The notes below the pieces were generated by a model that was given only the letters and a program-made list of their open reading frames with translations, searched no databases and had not been told where the DNA came from. Below are positions 27,589 through 39,977 of a stretch of 64,000 nt of DNA, piece by piece (positions within the stretch are counted from its first letter, which is position 1; each line of letters starts with the position of its first letter). Source of the stretch: Chrysomallon squamiferum (lineage: Eukaryota; Animalia; Mollusca); assembly GCA_012295275.1 (NCBI GenBank), contig CM022679.1:5456001-5520000 (forward strand). The letters are read 5' to 3'. A program made the position numbers and the translations under genes.

Positions 27589-28609
27589 TTATTTTTATTT
27601 CATCTTTTCATATGAAAAGACTTTAATTTCCGACTACATCAAGATAGGAAACCATTTTGAAAAAAAAAAGCAATTAAGAAAAGCAAAGAAAAAGAAAAAG
27701 AAAAGTAGAAAGCAGAGAAAAAAAGTAATTCGGCTCGGTCTACAAGAAAAGTGATAAATTAGCTATTGTAAACGCAATAAAAAAAAAAACCTGTTGGCTT
27801 TCAAGGCTGCGACTTTTTTATGGTTATTGGTGTCGTCACTGTACACTCACACGCGTTGGATGCATTGTTAATAATGTGTGCCAAGTTAATAACACTCGAA
27901 GAAAATTGTTTTCTTCGAGTGTTGTTCCACAGTTACATGAAGTAATGATGGCTGTTTTAAAACTAGGAATGATCAAGCAACAATAAAAACTGAATTTCAT
28001 ACATGTAGCACAGGCCTAACACCAGGGCGAGCGTGACTTCGTGCAGTATACTAGTTCTGATCGGACTGGCAGCAAACATGCGAGATAAAACTGGAATCTT
28101 AATCCCCTTCCTTCTTCTGTCCTTGTACTTACCGTTACGTCATGAACGTAACATTAATTTATATATAATTATTAAGAAAGAAAATATTTAGCTGATCAGG
28201 ATATAAGATGTTTGTAACAGGTAAAAGTTAAAAAATTTATATTTAGAATCTTACACATTTGCATAGTGATGTAGCCCTGCAGCTATAGGATTTTTCTACA
28301 ACTTGACTGGTCAGTGGTCCACTGCGTTTTTGTCCTTTGAAAGTATCGTGTAACAAATCTGTAAACAAAGGAAGTTTTTCTGTGATACTTTTACATATAT
28401 TTATATATATATATATATATAAACATACACACATTCATGCAGCCACGCACGTGTTGTAATTTGCACGGACAAACCGTATTATTGTGATATGAGGATAGTT
28501 TTTTATTTGATACTAATAAAATCATTATAATTGGATATAATTGGATATCATTAGTGAAAATATATATACTATAGAGAATACTCTGACAGACCGGTGAAAT
28601 AGCTAACGA

Positions 28610-28646
<37 letters not shown>

Positions 28647-28884
28647 GAAGAATGTATTTTCGTTATTCGTTTATTCATAAAGTGTTGAGCAACACTTGTA
28701 ACATATTTACATCTTCAGCAGTTAAAACAATTATGGTCACTTAAACGTGAGTGTCCATACTCATTACGGTTAAACCTATTTAAGAAAGGCTTGCATCTAC
28801 ACGAATATGATAAACATAAGGGAGCTGTATTCTCAAATTATGACAAATAGAAATGAAGAATTTTACATATACATATACATAATA

Positions 28885-28960
28885 TATACCTAAATCGCTT
28901 CAGGAAGGAATATATAAATATAAATATTTATATATTCTTTCTTGAAGCGATTTAGGTATA
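28885..28960. repeat. 76-nt near-perfect hairpin (36-bp arms, 4-nt loop)
   Basis: tatacctaaatcgcttcaggaaggaatatataaata-taaa-tatttatatattctttcttgaagcgatttaggtata. There are two mismatches, both G-U pairs on the plus strand. Confidence 0.9.
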
Positions 28961-29444
28961 AATCATGCGTAAAGTATGTGTGCTCAAAAGCTGAACTGTT
29001 CAGATAATATAAATGTTGTAACTGTCTCTTCCTCCAGTACATCTTTCATCTGCAATTCCGGATCGCGATGTTCTTTCTTATGAACTAAATTACGTCAGTT
29101 GATTTTCACAGATAATTATTTTAAAGCTCTTCTGTTTGACTTTTTTAAAAGTGTTTTAACGAAACACCTTTGTGGTGTAACGTACGTTTTGAAAGACACT
29201 GTATGACACAAGTAATTTGTTAAAGTTTTTCAGTAATTATAAAACAGTTATAGTAAAACGCTTTGTACCGATTATGACATGTACGCTATTTCATTATTTT
29301 TGTTCTTCTAAGCTGCCAAATGAAACATCGTGTTAATTTGTTTTTAGTTAACTAACCTTCAACAATGAAAAGTTTCAGAAACCATGGTTCGCTGGATCGA
29401 TACCCTTTGCCAATAAAATAATAAAAGTTATTCGCTGTAATATT

Positions 29445-29570
29445 TAAACTAAATTCGAAAACTGTTATGAGTTATCTAAACTAAATTCGAAAACTGCTGT
29501 GAGATATCTGAACTCAATTCGAAAACTACTATGAGATATCAAAAGTGATTTAGAAAACTACTATAAGTTG
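29445..29570. repeat. 32-bp tandem repeat, ~4 progressively decayed copies
   Basis: taaactaaattcgaaaactgttatgagttatc / taaactaaattcgaaaactgctgtgagatatc / tgaactcaattcgaaaactactatgagatatc / aaaagtgatttagaaaactactataag. Confidence 0.85.
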
Positions 29571-29945
29571 TATCGTTCAGCTTAAAGTTTGAAAATTTTG
29601 TCATAAATTGTAAGATAACTCTGAAATAGTTGTCCCTATTTTCTTTCCCTTTAGAAAGAATTTTATAGCTTTAGTTGCTTTTTATGGTGCTTTTTTTTAT
29701 CATTGTACAGTTTCTCTCTCTCTCACTTTGCTCTGTTTTTTCTGATGTCTCTTTGTTTTTGTTCTTTTTTTTTTGTTCTTTTTTGTTTTGTCTTTATATC
29801 TATATTTTGCTCTAGATCCCTATTTCTCAACCTGCATATATAATATATTTGTCTATGTGTCTCTCTATGAATGTATATAAGTATGTATGTGTGTATATAA
29901 ATATTTGTTATCTCTATCTATTTATAACTCTATCAATCTCTAACA

Positions 29946-30037
<92 letters not shown>

Positions 30038-30338
30038 CTCTCAATAACTCTGTATCTCACTCTGACGTATTCTCTATACTCAGATGCAGGTTTCCACTCT
30101 GATGTAGTTATTTTGTTTCAGATGATGTTTTTGCTGTAACTTCCTAGCATATAAATGACTTCATTTAGCTTAGGAAGGAATTTCTGATATCAGCGTGGAA
30201 AAAACGCCCAGTCCATTCTGCTTTTAAGAGATTACCACAAATGCAGCCAGGGATTTAATGGAAATTTGCGGTTTTTAAACTAAGTCCTCTCATTTAAAGG
30301 TAAATTTAGCAAAGTTGGACTGAATATTTAATATGAGG

Positions 30339-30458
<120 letters not shown>

Positions 30459-31142
30459 GGAAGTCAGCTTACTGAATTAAGTCACATACAACGATAGGAA
30501 ACCTACAACTGACCTGCAAAACCAGCATCTTTAACAAGAACAGAAGAAAAAGAAAAGTGATAGAAGAGGAGATTCCCTTCAGAAAAAGTATTTAACAAAA
30601 GAACATTTTTAAAAAGTTTCATCTCATTCAAGAGAAAATATTTTTAAAAACAAATTCTAATTCTAAATTAAAAAAAAAGGGGGAAAAAAGTAAAATAAAA
30701 TTTGTATCGGGATACACAAAGACCTGTTTGCATTAAGTGCATTCAGCCACTTGATGACGTTAGAAGAAGAAGAAGAAACAGAAAGAGAAAGAAATCCTGC
30801 AGGATTTTAAGTATTGGAGACTGGTTCAGAATAATCGCGATATTGAAAAAGAAACGTGAGATATAAATCAACGAACCTTGTTAAAATCTATAGTACAGCT
30901 ACTGGAAGTGCTGATGCACTTCAGTCCCATTTAATAGAGAACTCGTTTGTTCGGAAGTAATGGCGTACTCTGAGTTGAATATTTTTAAGGATAAGTGCAG
31001 ATGTGTATGGGTTTATTTTAAAAGAAAGAAAAAAAGAATGAATTAATGAATGAATGAATAATTAAACAAGCAAACAAACAAAATGACAGAGAGACAGAGA
31101 GAAAAAGCGAATACGAGAGATAGATTTACATAAACACATATG

Positions 31143-31174
<32 letters not shown>

Positions 31175-31244
31175 GATATATATGAGAATAACGTTGGTCA
31201 AAGTATAAATAGTTCAAAAAAATTATGTTTCTTTTTTCCTCTTG

Positions 31245-31279
<35 letters not shown>

Positions 31280-31799
31280 TATTATTTATGTTTGCGTGAA
31301 AGAAGGAGTATGTCTATCTGTATGTTTCTAGTACGTAATTTTACAACAAAAAAACAACAACAGATAATGACTTCATGAATATGATACTAACGATGACGAT
31401 GATGACGATGAGCAGGATAATGACAATGGAGATTAAGATTATGGCGACTGTAATGATTGTAACGGGATCATGTCCACGGCTGAGTGTTGATATTTATCAT
31501 GGTCATGACAACAGTGATTACAAACTGTCGCGTACAGACCTGTACAAACAAGTTTTATGTTTAATATGAAGATGTTTTGCCACACAGAAATATTAGCAGA
31601 TAAATATTTTACAGAGGTTCTGTCATTAAGTTTATTAATTTGCTGTTCATATATCACCTTGTCCAGGCTAGAGAGTAATTGCTGAATTTCGTGAGTCAAG
31701 TGATTAGCTGATGTTTTCTAGTAGCAACATTTTGTTTATTCAGTACAGGTGAGTTTAAGTACCTTATATTTAAAAGAGTGAGTTATATTAATAAAAACA

Positions 31800-31830
<31 letters not shown>

Positions 31831-31848
31831 AATTTATTTTGTTTTATC

Positions 31849-31885
<37 letters not shown>

Positions 31886-31896
31886 TTTTCTTCCCA

Positions 31897-32330
31897 CGCG
31901 CCAGTGTGTTCCCGAATACTATGTGCAGAGTTTATTCAGACGTACATAAGACAGAGAAATATTAAAAATCCTAAACTACATACTTGCCAGTGCCAGGTTT
32001 TCCCACAAAAAATAGATGCACGGAAAAATGACGAAAGACAAAGAACGGCGTGCTTCGTGGGAAGCGACGGTTACCCTCGGTTATTGAGCACATTTTTTTC
32101 AAGCTTCTCTCGGTGGCCGAACGGTAACATCCTCCGCCTTCAGGGTGCGGGCGAATGGGGGCCATACGTTCGAGTCTCGTCAGCGGCATCCGAGTCTCGT
32201 CAGCGGCATCTGACGGGGTTTGTGAGGTTGTGGTTGCCTTTTGTCCGCCTGCGCCAGTGCGTTCCCGAATATTGTCTATGTGCAGAGTCTATTCAGACGA
32301 GCATAAGACAGAGAATATTCAAATTCTAAA
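31897..32330 (+). mobile_element. GC-rich repeat with a tRNA-derived (SINE-like) Pol III head, bracketed by ~80-bp direct repeats
   Basis: A-box-like TGGCCGAACGG (32114-32124) and B-box GTTCGAGTC (32168-32176). An exact 20-bp tandem duplication cgagtctcgtcagcggcatc spans 32171-32210. Direct repeats gcgccagtg..ttcccgaata..atgtgcagagt.tattcagacg..cataagacagaga..tatt.aaa lie at ~31897-31975 and ~32251-32330. Confidence 0.55.
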
Positions 32331-32467
32331 AGACATACATAGAGAGACATAATTTGTTTTTATGTAACAGAGTCAAATCAAACGTCCATAACATAGACAA
32401 TATTCAAATCCTTGAATACACAATTCACACATTTATATACATGCACACTTAGGCATGCACATACATG

Positions 32468-32550
<83 letters not shown>

Positions 32551-33433
32551 CACATACATTATAGAGTTTGTCGTAGACATTTCAACTATTATCAAAACTG
32601 TCACTGGTATATACAACAATACACATACACACACATATACACACACATACACACGCATAGACAGATAAAAATACAGACGAATGGAGAGACAGCCAGACAG
32701 ACAGACAGACAGCCAGACAGTCGGTTTGGGACACAAACAGGTAGCCCAGGTCTGCAGGCAGCCAACAAGGCAGTGATTAAGAGGTAACAAGGAGGACAGA
32801 TACCAAGGTGATAAGTTAAGATTAACAATATATAGACATGCAAATGTATAATAGAAGTAATTTTATTATATACACAGTGATATAAAACCAAGCCTTTTAT
32901 TTTTTCATTTATTTTTCATTATGTATTTTATTTTATTTATTTATTTTTTATCAGTCTATCAGTCTATTTATCATTTATTTTGTATCTATCTTTTTGTTTT
33001 AATTCATTTATTTCTCTATCTATCTATATAACTATTCTTTGTCCGTCTGTTTGTCTCCCTATCTAATAACATTTACCTATATTAAATAAACGGATTTATT
33101 TATTTAACTGTTTGTTCATTTATTAATTGATTTATTTATCTGTTTAATGTTCTATTTATTTCATTTTATTTATTTTACCTTATCTCTTATTTATTTAATC
33201 TTATTGCAGGTTAAAAAAAAAAAATTGTGGAGAGTGATGTCATTTTTTGTTTATGCTTTTGACGTCATAAATCATTGATCAGCTGATGACCTCCATGTTT
33301 TCTATTTCTATTGTTTTTATTAGACTCTTGTTGTTGATATTAAAATTGTTAAAATTATTTTGTTAGTAGCTAGTAGTTTGATACATTATAGAATGAAATG
33401 ACAACAATTCAGATGTCTTGACATTTCATTATA

Positions 33434-33478
<45 letters not shown>

Positions 33479-33479
33479 G

Positions 33480-33518
<39 letters not shown>

Positions 33519-33824
33519 TATTATTATTATTATTATGTTGTTGTTGTTCTTCTTCTTCTTCTTCTTCTTCTCGTCGTTGCTATTGTTTTAATTTAATTTA
33601 TTTTTGTTTTCATTGTTTATTTTATAATATTATTGACTTTGTCTTTTCATTTTGTTTATTTCTTTCTATGTATGCTTCTTTTTGTTAGATTATAATTATT
33701 TATTTTATTACTACTGCTACTACTGTAATTGTTACAAAAACTATTAACGCTAAAGCTACTAATACTAATTCTAATAGGCAAGAGTAATTTGGTTGAACAG
33801 AAGACATTCATTCAGAAGATCTGT

Positions 33825-33840
33825 GGCCCTGAAAAGGGCC
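33825..33840 (-). terminator. Replication-dependent histone mRNA 3' stem-loop (SLBP site), immediately preceded by AATAAA
   Basis: The minus strand reads ccAATAAAc-GGCCCTTTTCAGGGCC-aca, 24 nt after the stop codon. This matches the consensus GGYYCTTTTCAGRGCC. Confidence 0.92.
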
Positions 33841-33864
33841 GTTTATTGGTCTCGGGATGCTTGC

Positions 33865-34371
33865 CTACCTCTTTCCGCCCTTCTTTGAACGTCTGGTTCG
33901 TCCTGTCTTTTTCGGACACTTGCCTGCCTCCTGTCTCCCGTCTTTGGGTGTCTGGTTCGTCCTGTCTTCTGGAGATGCTTGTCCGCCTCCTTCGCCCGCC
34001 TTTGAGCGTCTGGTTCGTCCTGTCTTCTTTGTGCGGGCGGCAGGGCGTTTCTTTCTGGGCTGCCGAGGCGTCTTCCTGCTGGGGTTTTCCGCAGGTACTT
34101 TTTTGTTCACCAGCCTCCTGCCCTGGCTCCCCAGCAGGTATCGGCCTCGGCGGTTACCAGACTCGTGAGCTTTGGGACGGGCCAACATCCCTTTCCTCAG
34201 TCCCTCCCGAAGACCATTCCTAATCTGTCCAATTAAGTACACGGGCGCAATGTCCTTAAAGGCCTGTGAAGCTATGGATCTTCGTATTGCGTGAACCGTC
34301 GTTCCCTTTCTGTCAGGGTTCTTTCTCACAGCGATTAGTATCTCTTGCAGAATACTTGAAACCTTCTTCAT
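33865..34371 (-). CDS. Divergent histone H1-like / protamine-like (PL) basic protein, intronless, 168 aa
   Basis: ATG at 34371 (the ORF track starts at an upstream GTG). H15 winged-helix-like motifs DRKGTTVHAIRRSI..QIRNGLREGLRKGMLARPK..GNRRGRYLL compare with H1 ERKGSSxxAIKKYI..ALKxLVxKGxLxQxKG.GASGSFKL. The C-tail is basic, with KKTGRTRRSK twice. By hand count there are ~27 Arg and ~22 Lys. A histone stem-loop lies downstream. Confidence 0.85.
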   Translation of the reverse strand: MKKVSSILQEILIAVRKNPDRKGTTVHAIRRSIASQAFKDIAPVYLIGQIRNGLREGLRKGMLARPKAHESGNRRGRYLLGSQGRRLVNKKVPAENPSRKTPRQPRKKRPAARTKKTGRTRRSKAGEGGGQASPEDRTNQTPKDGRQEAGKCPKKTGRTRRSKKGGKR

Positions 34372-34402
34372 GATTGAAGAATTCAAAATGCTTCTATTCA
34401 CC

Positions 34403-34421
34403 TTACGTCATCGCTTTTATA
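34403..34421 (-). promoter_or_regulatory. TATA box and CRE-like site of the H1-like gene
   Basis: On the minus strand, TATAAAA (34421-34415) is followed by TGACGTAA (34410-34403). The TATA box is ~45-50 bp upstream of the ATG. Confidence 0.65.
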
Positions 34422-35343
34422 CACTCACGACGGACGTGAATGAAATCAGTCTTATGTTTACGTTTTCAACACCATTGTCTTTTGTGTTTGTTCTGGATGT
34501 ATTTTCGTGGCTTATTTTAACTTTCATTTATCAATCGTCTTTAATTTTTCGCCAATTTTAACGTGTGACCGATTTTCAACAAAGTATTTTATAAATCAGA
34601 CCAGTTCGAAATCAAATTTAATTTAGTTTTCCTCAAGATCATCATTTTCTTGTCCTTTGATGTTTTATTAAAGTTATTTATTCTTCATGTGTTATTCTTG
34701 TTTTGTGTGTTAACACCAGATGTAGCACCAAATTCATTTCAATATTTATTATCATTTATAACGTATTTACGTGTTTATTTATTTATTTATTTATTTATGT
34801 ATTTGTTTGTTTGTTTACTTATTTGTTTACTTATTTGTTTATTTATTTTTTATTTTTTATTTTTTTTTTTTTTTATTGGCTTCTTATTTCTTTATTTGTT
34901 TGTATCTATGTCGTTTACTTATTTATTATTCTTTTATTTAATTTTTTATTTTATTTAATTTAATTTTATTTATATATTTATTTATTTTTTATTTTTTTAT
35001 TTTTTTATTTTATTTATTTTATTTTATTTTATTTTTTTGAATAACGGCTGTCTTATTGTTTTTGTTTGTTTTATATGTTGTTATATTTTTTTTTTTTTTT
35101 TTTTTTTGCTTTTTTGTTGCTTTTTTGTTTGTGTTTTTTATTGTTTTTTTTCTTTGTTTTACTTTTTTTTTTTTTCTTTCTTTCCTTGTTTTAAACCTTT
35201 TTCTTTATTTATGTAGTTAGTTTATTTTACTTTATTTTATTATATTTCATTTATTTATTTTTATTTTTATTATTTATTTTATTATTTTATTTTATTTATT
35301 TATTTTTTTTTTTTTTTAATTATCATTTTTTTTATTATATTAT

Positions 35344-35382
<39 letters not shown>

Positions 35383-36791
35383 TTTCTGTGATGATAATCT
35401 GGGTTCTCTTTATCAAAAATCCACACTGAATCAAGAGGCTCTTTTCTTTTTTCATTAACCACTCTGTGTTAGTTCTTCCCGCGCTACACAGAGTCACTGT
35501 TAAGACTCCAGATTCGATTAGATAGCAGGCGACTAATTGATGTGTCATTTTCGACAGGGGAATATCCTGACTGTGATTAAAATCCTGGGAATTGTTTTCG
35601 CAACGTGGGTCTCTTGCCAGAAACTGGATGTCTGTGACACTACCATTCAAATAAACAATCGAACCATAACCTAGGTCACTGGTCAAATAGGGTGAAAAAA
35701 AAAAGACTTTAGTGAACTTGTAAAACAAGCAGACTGGAAATTGTTGTTTTAAAATGAGGACTGAAATTGAGAAAGATTTATTTTGTGGTTTGATCAGGTT
35801 TTTGATATCTAATGTTTCTAACTTCTCTAGAAGGTAAACTTTGATCACCACTACAGTTTGTAACTCTGTTACAGTTTCGTCAAATGAGTTCTTCCTTTTA
35901 AGCAGCAAGTTTTCTGTTAACGAAATTCAGGCTATGATGTTTCATCTTTAATCTTGAGGATATTATTATTATTATTCGTTGTCATTTTGTTTTCCTCGTT
36001 TGGCGTTTTCTTCTTTTATCTTCTTTTTTGCTTCCTTTTCTATGTATCTTATTTAAAACCATAAATAGAAACATATTTAAAACAGAATTATTCTAAGATG
36101 TCTACTAATAATATTCTAAAACACTTTAAAATTTAGTTTCTTTCAAAAAACTTTTCAAGACTCGGAACTTTTCAGAAAACATTGGTCATTAAACCACTCA
36201 AAACAAAATTCATATCACTTCACATTAACCTCAAAGTGAGTAGAAATGAAATTAGTTTTCTGAATTATTCTATCTCGTTTATTTGCACGAAGTCTCCTTC
36301 TAGGTGTCTCTTTCAAGACCGTATGTATCAAGCAATGACCAGGTCGTGCCGAAATTTCACAAACAAAACGTTTGTAAATGTTATACTATCATTCGCCTTG
36401 ATATCATTTTCAGCACTTGTCTAAAGACGATATCCTTCAAACAAAGCTTTGGTGCTGGAATATCAGAAAATATGTTGTCTGTTAATAAATTAACGTTATA
36501 ACATGTGAGATAGATATACCAGGATTCTAAGCTTTAAAGAAATAAAAGTTTGAAATCGAAAATTTCGGGAGAAGGGTACATTATTGTTTAATCTATTGCC
36601 GTACAATGTTTGTTCGTACGTATGTATGACAGTGTGTGTTCGTGTGTATGCGTGCATATGAGTATAAGTGTATGTGCGTATGTGCGAACGTTTGTTATGT
36701 ACGTGTGTGCATATTGTATGTGTGTATGTATGTATGTTTGTATGTGTGTATGTTATATGTGAGTACGTTACAAATATGCGCATGTATGTTA

Positions 36792-36839
<48 letters not shown>

Positions 36840-37414
36840 TGATTACATGTGTCAAAAAAAGACATATAGTCACTCATTTTCTTGTTTTTGTTGTTAGTTT
36901 GTCTTTTTCCCTACTTTGACATAATTGCTTGCTTTTCATCTTTTTAATTTACGAACAGGAAAGGTGTCATTCCATGCATGAAAGAGATAACCCGTATTTT
37001 CAAATTTACTGAGATATTTTCAAATAATGAACACTGCATCAGTTAATGCACTAATATAATTTACAAGGAGCAAAACCATTTTCAGTGCACCAGAACAAAA
37101 TACACGTAATGTAACGTATACTTAGAACTGTGGGTGATTAGGTTCATACATGAGGATACACAGAACTGCTATCTCTTTGACGTTTCTATGGTAACTGCGT
37201 GACGCATAACTGTCATTTCGTCAGCTGGGAATTGTAGATGTCAGCTGTTGCTCTATTATTATATTGCTGAAATGAAGTTAATCTAAAGCTGCATATAACG
37301 TGTTTGTATGAATGTTGTATTTGAAACACAGTACATGAAAACTCTGATTGATACTGTACAGTTTGAATCTTATTATAAGTTTCCTAAAGGAACTGGAACA
37401 AAAATAAAAATACA

Positions 37415-37509
<95 letters not shown>

Positions 37510-38180
37510 CAACAACAATAAATATAATAATACTAACAACAACAACAAAAACCATTGAGGACAACAGATATATACTTAATATTTATCGTCTTAACTTTTT
37601 TCTTTTTTTTTTTTTTTTTTTTTCTTAATTTCTTCTTTTCCATCCCCATTAAGTATCATAAAATCATAAGTATCATAAAATCATAAATATCAAACATGAC
37701 AAAATCCGAATTTATTCTTGTAATACATGAGTTTAAAAATCAGTAAAAATCATATCAACAGAAATCCACAGCTAGACATAAATACGTGTTAATATCCATC
37801 TCTCTCAGAAAAGTCCAATAGATTGCGTACTCGTCATTTTTCTAGTTTCCGTTTGTCTACAATAGTGACATTTAAAGTTTCATTAGTGAGTTAAAATCAC
37901 GATTTCGTTACTTTAATAACCAGTTTCCATCAGCCTGTCTACATGTTAATGGATAGGTCGTCTCGCCCTTCTAATGTATTGTGTCATTACATTACAACGT
38001 GTAACTGCACGTTGAAGTGTCTTATTAGAGATGTGTGGATGATTCCTGGAGAAGTAGTAATTCAGAAGCGTGGAAAAAGCACGTTTGCAAGTGTGAAGTG
38101 TACATGTACTGAAGGAGAATAGGATATAGATTGGAAACAGAGAGAGATACAGAGAGGGAGACACACACACAGAAAGAGAG

Positions 38181-38299
<119 letters not shown>

Positions 38300-38407
38300 T
38301 AAAAGATAGATTTTCTGAATAATGAATTTTTGACACTGAAAAAGTATTTTTATTTATGAAAGAAGCCAAAACACGTTTCAAAGTTAATAATTGTCATGGA
38401 CTGTAAT

Positions 38408-38454
<47 letters not shown>

Positions 38455-39221
38455 CTCTTGTCTCTCTCTCATTTTTTTTCTATTTCTCATTCTCTCAGAC
38501 AGGCACTTGTACGTGTATTTATAGTCATTTTCACATGAAAATATTTAATGTTAAGATAACCTAGATAACATCACGCACATTTGTAATATCAACAGTTATT
38601 TCCCTTCTACACTATAAAATAAAAATGTTTGTGAATCAACAGAAACTTTATTTTTAAAATGTCGATATAATATAACAATTATTACTACTAAAAATACTAC
38701 TTCCACTACTGCTACAATTAGTACTACTAATAATACTATTGTTACTACCACTACATATTACTACTACTACTATCACTGCTGCTGCTACTACTACTACTAC
38801 TAATAATAATAACGATAATAATAAGAATACTTTCATCGACATATATTCACAAAGTTAGTAATGGCTACAATAAACAAGGTATGCCCGGAAAGTATCTAGT
38901 CATTGCGAATTTCTTAAGAAATGGTAGCGCGACTTTGATACACACTGATGAAAGGGGACTGAACTGGACATGCATGACCAGGCTCATTCATGGTGACTGT
39001 TCATTTGAATGGCATATATCTGTATATCTATCTATATCATATCTGCCTATGTATGTATGGATGTATGTATGTATGTTTGTATGTATATGTGTATATATGT
39101 TGTATATGTATGTATATGTATGTATGTATGTATGTATGTTTGCTGTATATATCTAACTATATTTTGCTATATATATATATATATATTTTAGGTAGTGTTT
39201 CCACATACACATGCACATAAG

Positions 39222-39256
<35 letters not shown>

Positions 39257-39977
39257 GTATATATGTAAATATATATCTATTTAGGTGTGTGTGTGGGGGG
39301 GTGTGTGTGTGTGTGTGGTGAATAATTCTAGGTAATATTTTAATATAACACAGTATTCTAGACTAATGGGAAATGTCAGAATGTTTTTCACTGAATTAAA
39401 CTATTTTAACTTACACTACACAGACCACTGTTGTATCGTTACTTACTGCAACTACCCGACGTAAAACAAAAGACTTTTACTTACAACTTTGCCAAATGTT
39501 GATGTAGCTGAAAAGCCCAAGGTGTTTCCCACACCTTGAAAAACAAAAAACAAAATAAACTATGTATCAGATAATAACACGATAGGAAATACAATACTGT
39601 TCCTTTTTTAATTATTATTTTACAAAGCTCAGTGTTGCATGTTGTTTTTTCAAAAGGCATTCGATCTTGGCAATGAAATGGCGTAAATTAGAAACAGTTT
39701 TTCGTTGTGATTTTCTTGAGGTTTTTTTTTTTGTGAGCGTTTTTTTGTTCCTTTTATTCTTTATTTTTATGTAATTTTGTTTTTATTATTATTGTTTATT
39801 TTTTCTTGTGTAATACAATTCCTTCTATATTTTTTCAAACAATTTTTATTCTGCTGTCCACACATAATAATTTTACCTTGTTCATACAAAGCTAAGGAAG
39901 AAAATAAAATAAAATGTGTTTCAATTCTGTCACAGTAAGAACGTGTTAGCTGTTGTTACAGAGAAGCGGTGATAAAT

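Noticed and set aside
29445-29570. CRISPR-like appearance of the 32-bp repeats
   Set aside because: The repeats are contiguous with no unique spacers, the context is eukaryotic, and there are no cas genes.
32105-32190. Functional tRNA (e.g. Sec or suppressor, given the TTCA loop)
   Set aside because: No 7-bp acceptor stem or proper anticodon and T stems can be formed, so it is treated as a SINE-like head.
31778-32329. 183-aa ORF and the antisense ORF ending in FFVGKPGTGK (P-loop-like)
   Set aside because: It lies in the SINE-like repeat. The GxxGxGK word is followed by Y and a stop, with no NTPase context.
33729-34223. Plus-strand ORFs of 164 and 103 aa
   Set aside because: They are antisense shadows of the H1-like gene, whose TATA box and stem-loop fix the minus orientation.
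35300-35908. 202-aa minus-strand ORF
   Set aside because: TTG start, ends in a poly-A-derived poly-Lys run, and shows no recognisable domain or convincing exon boundaries.
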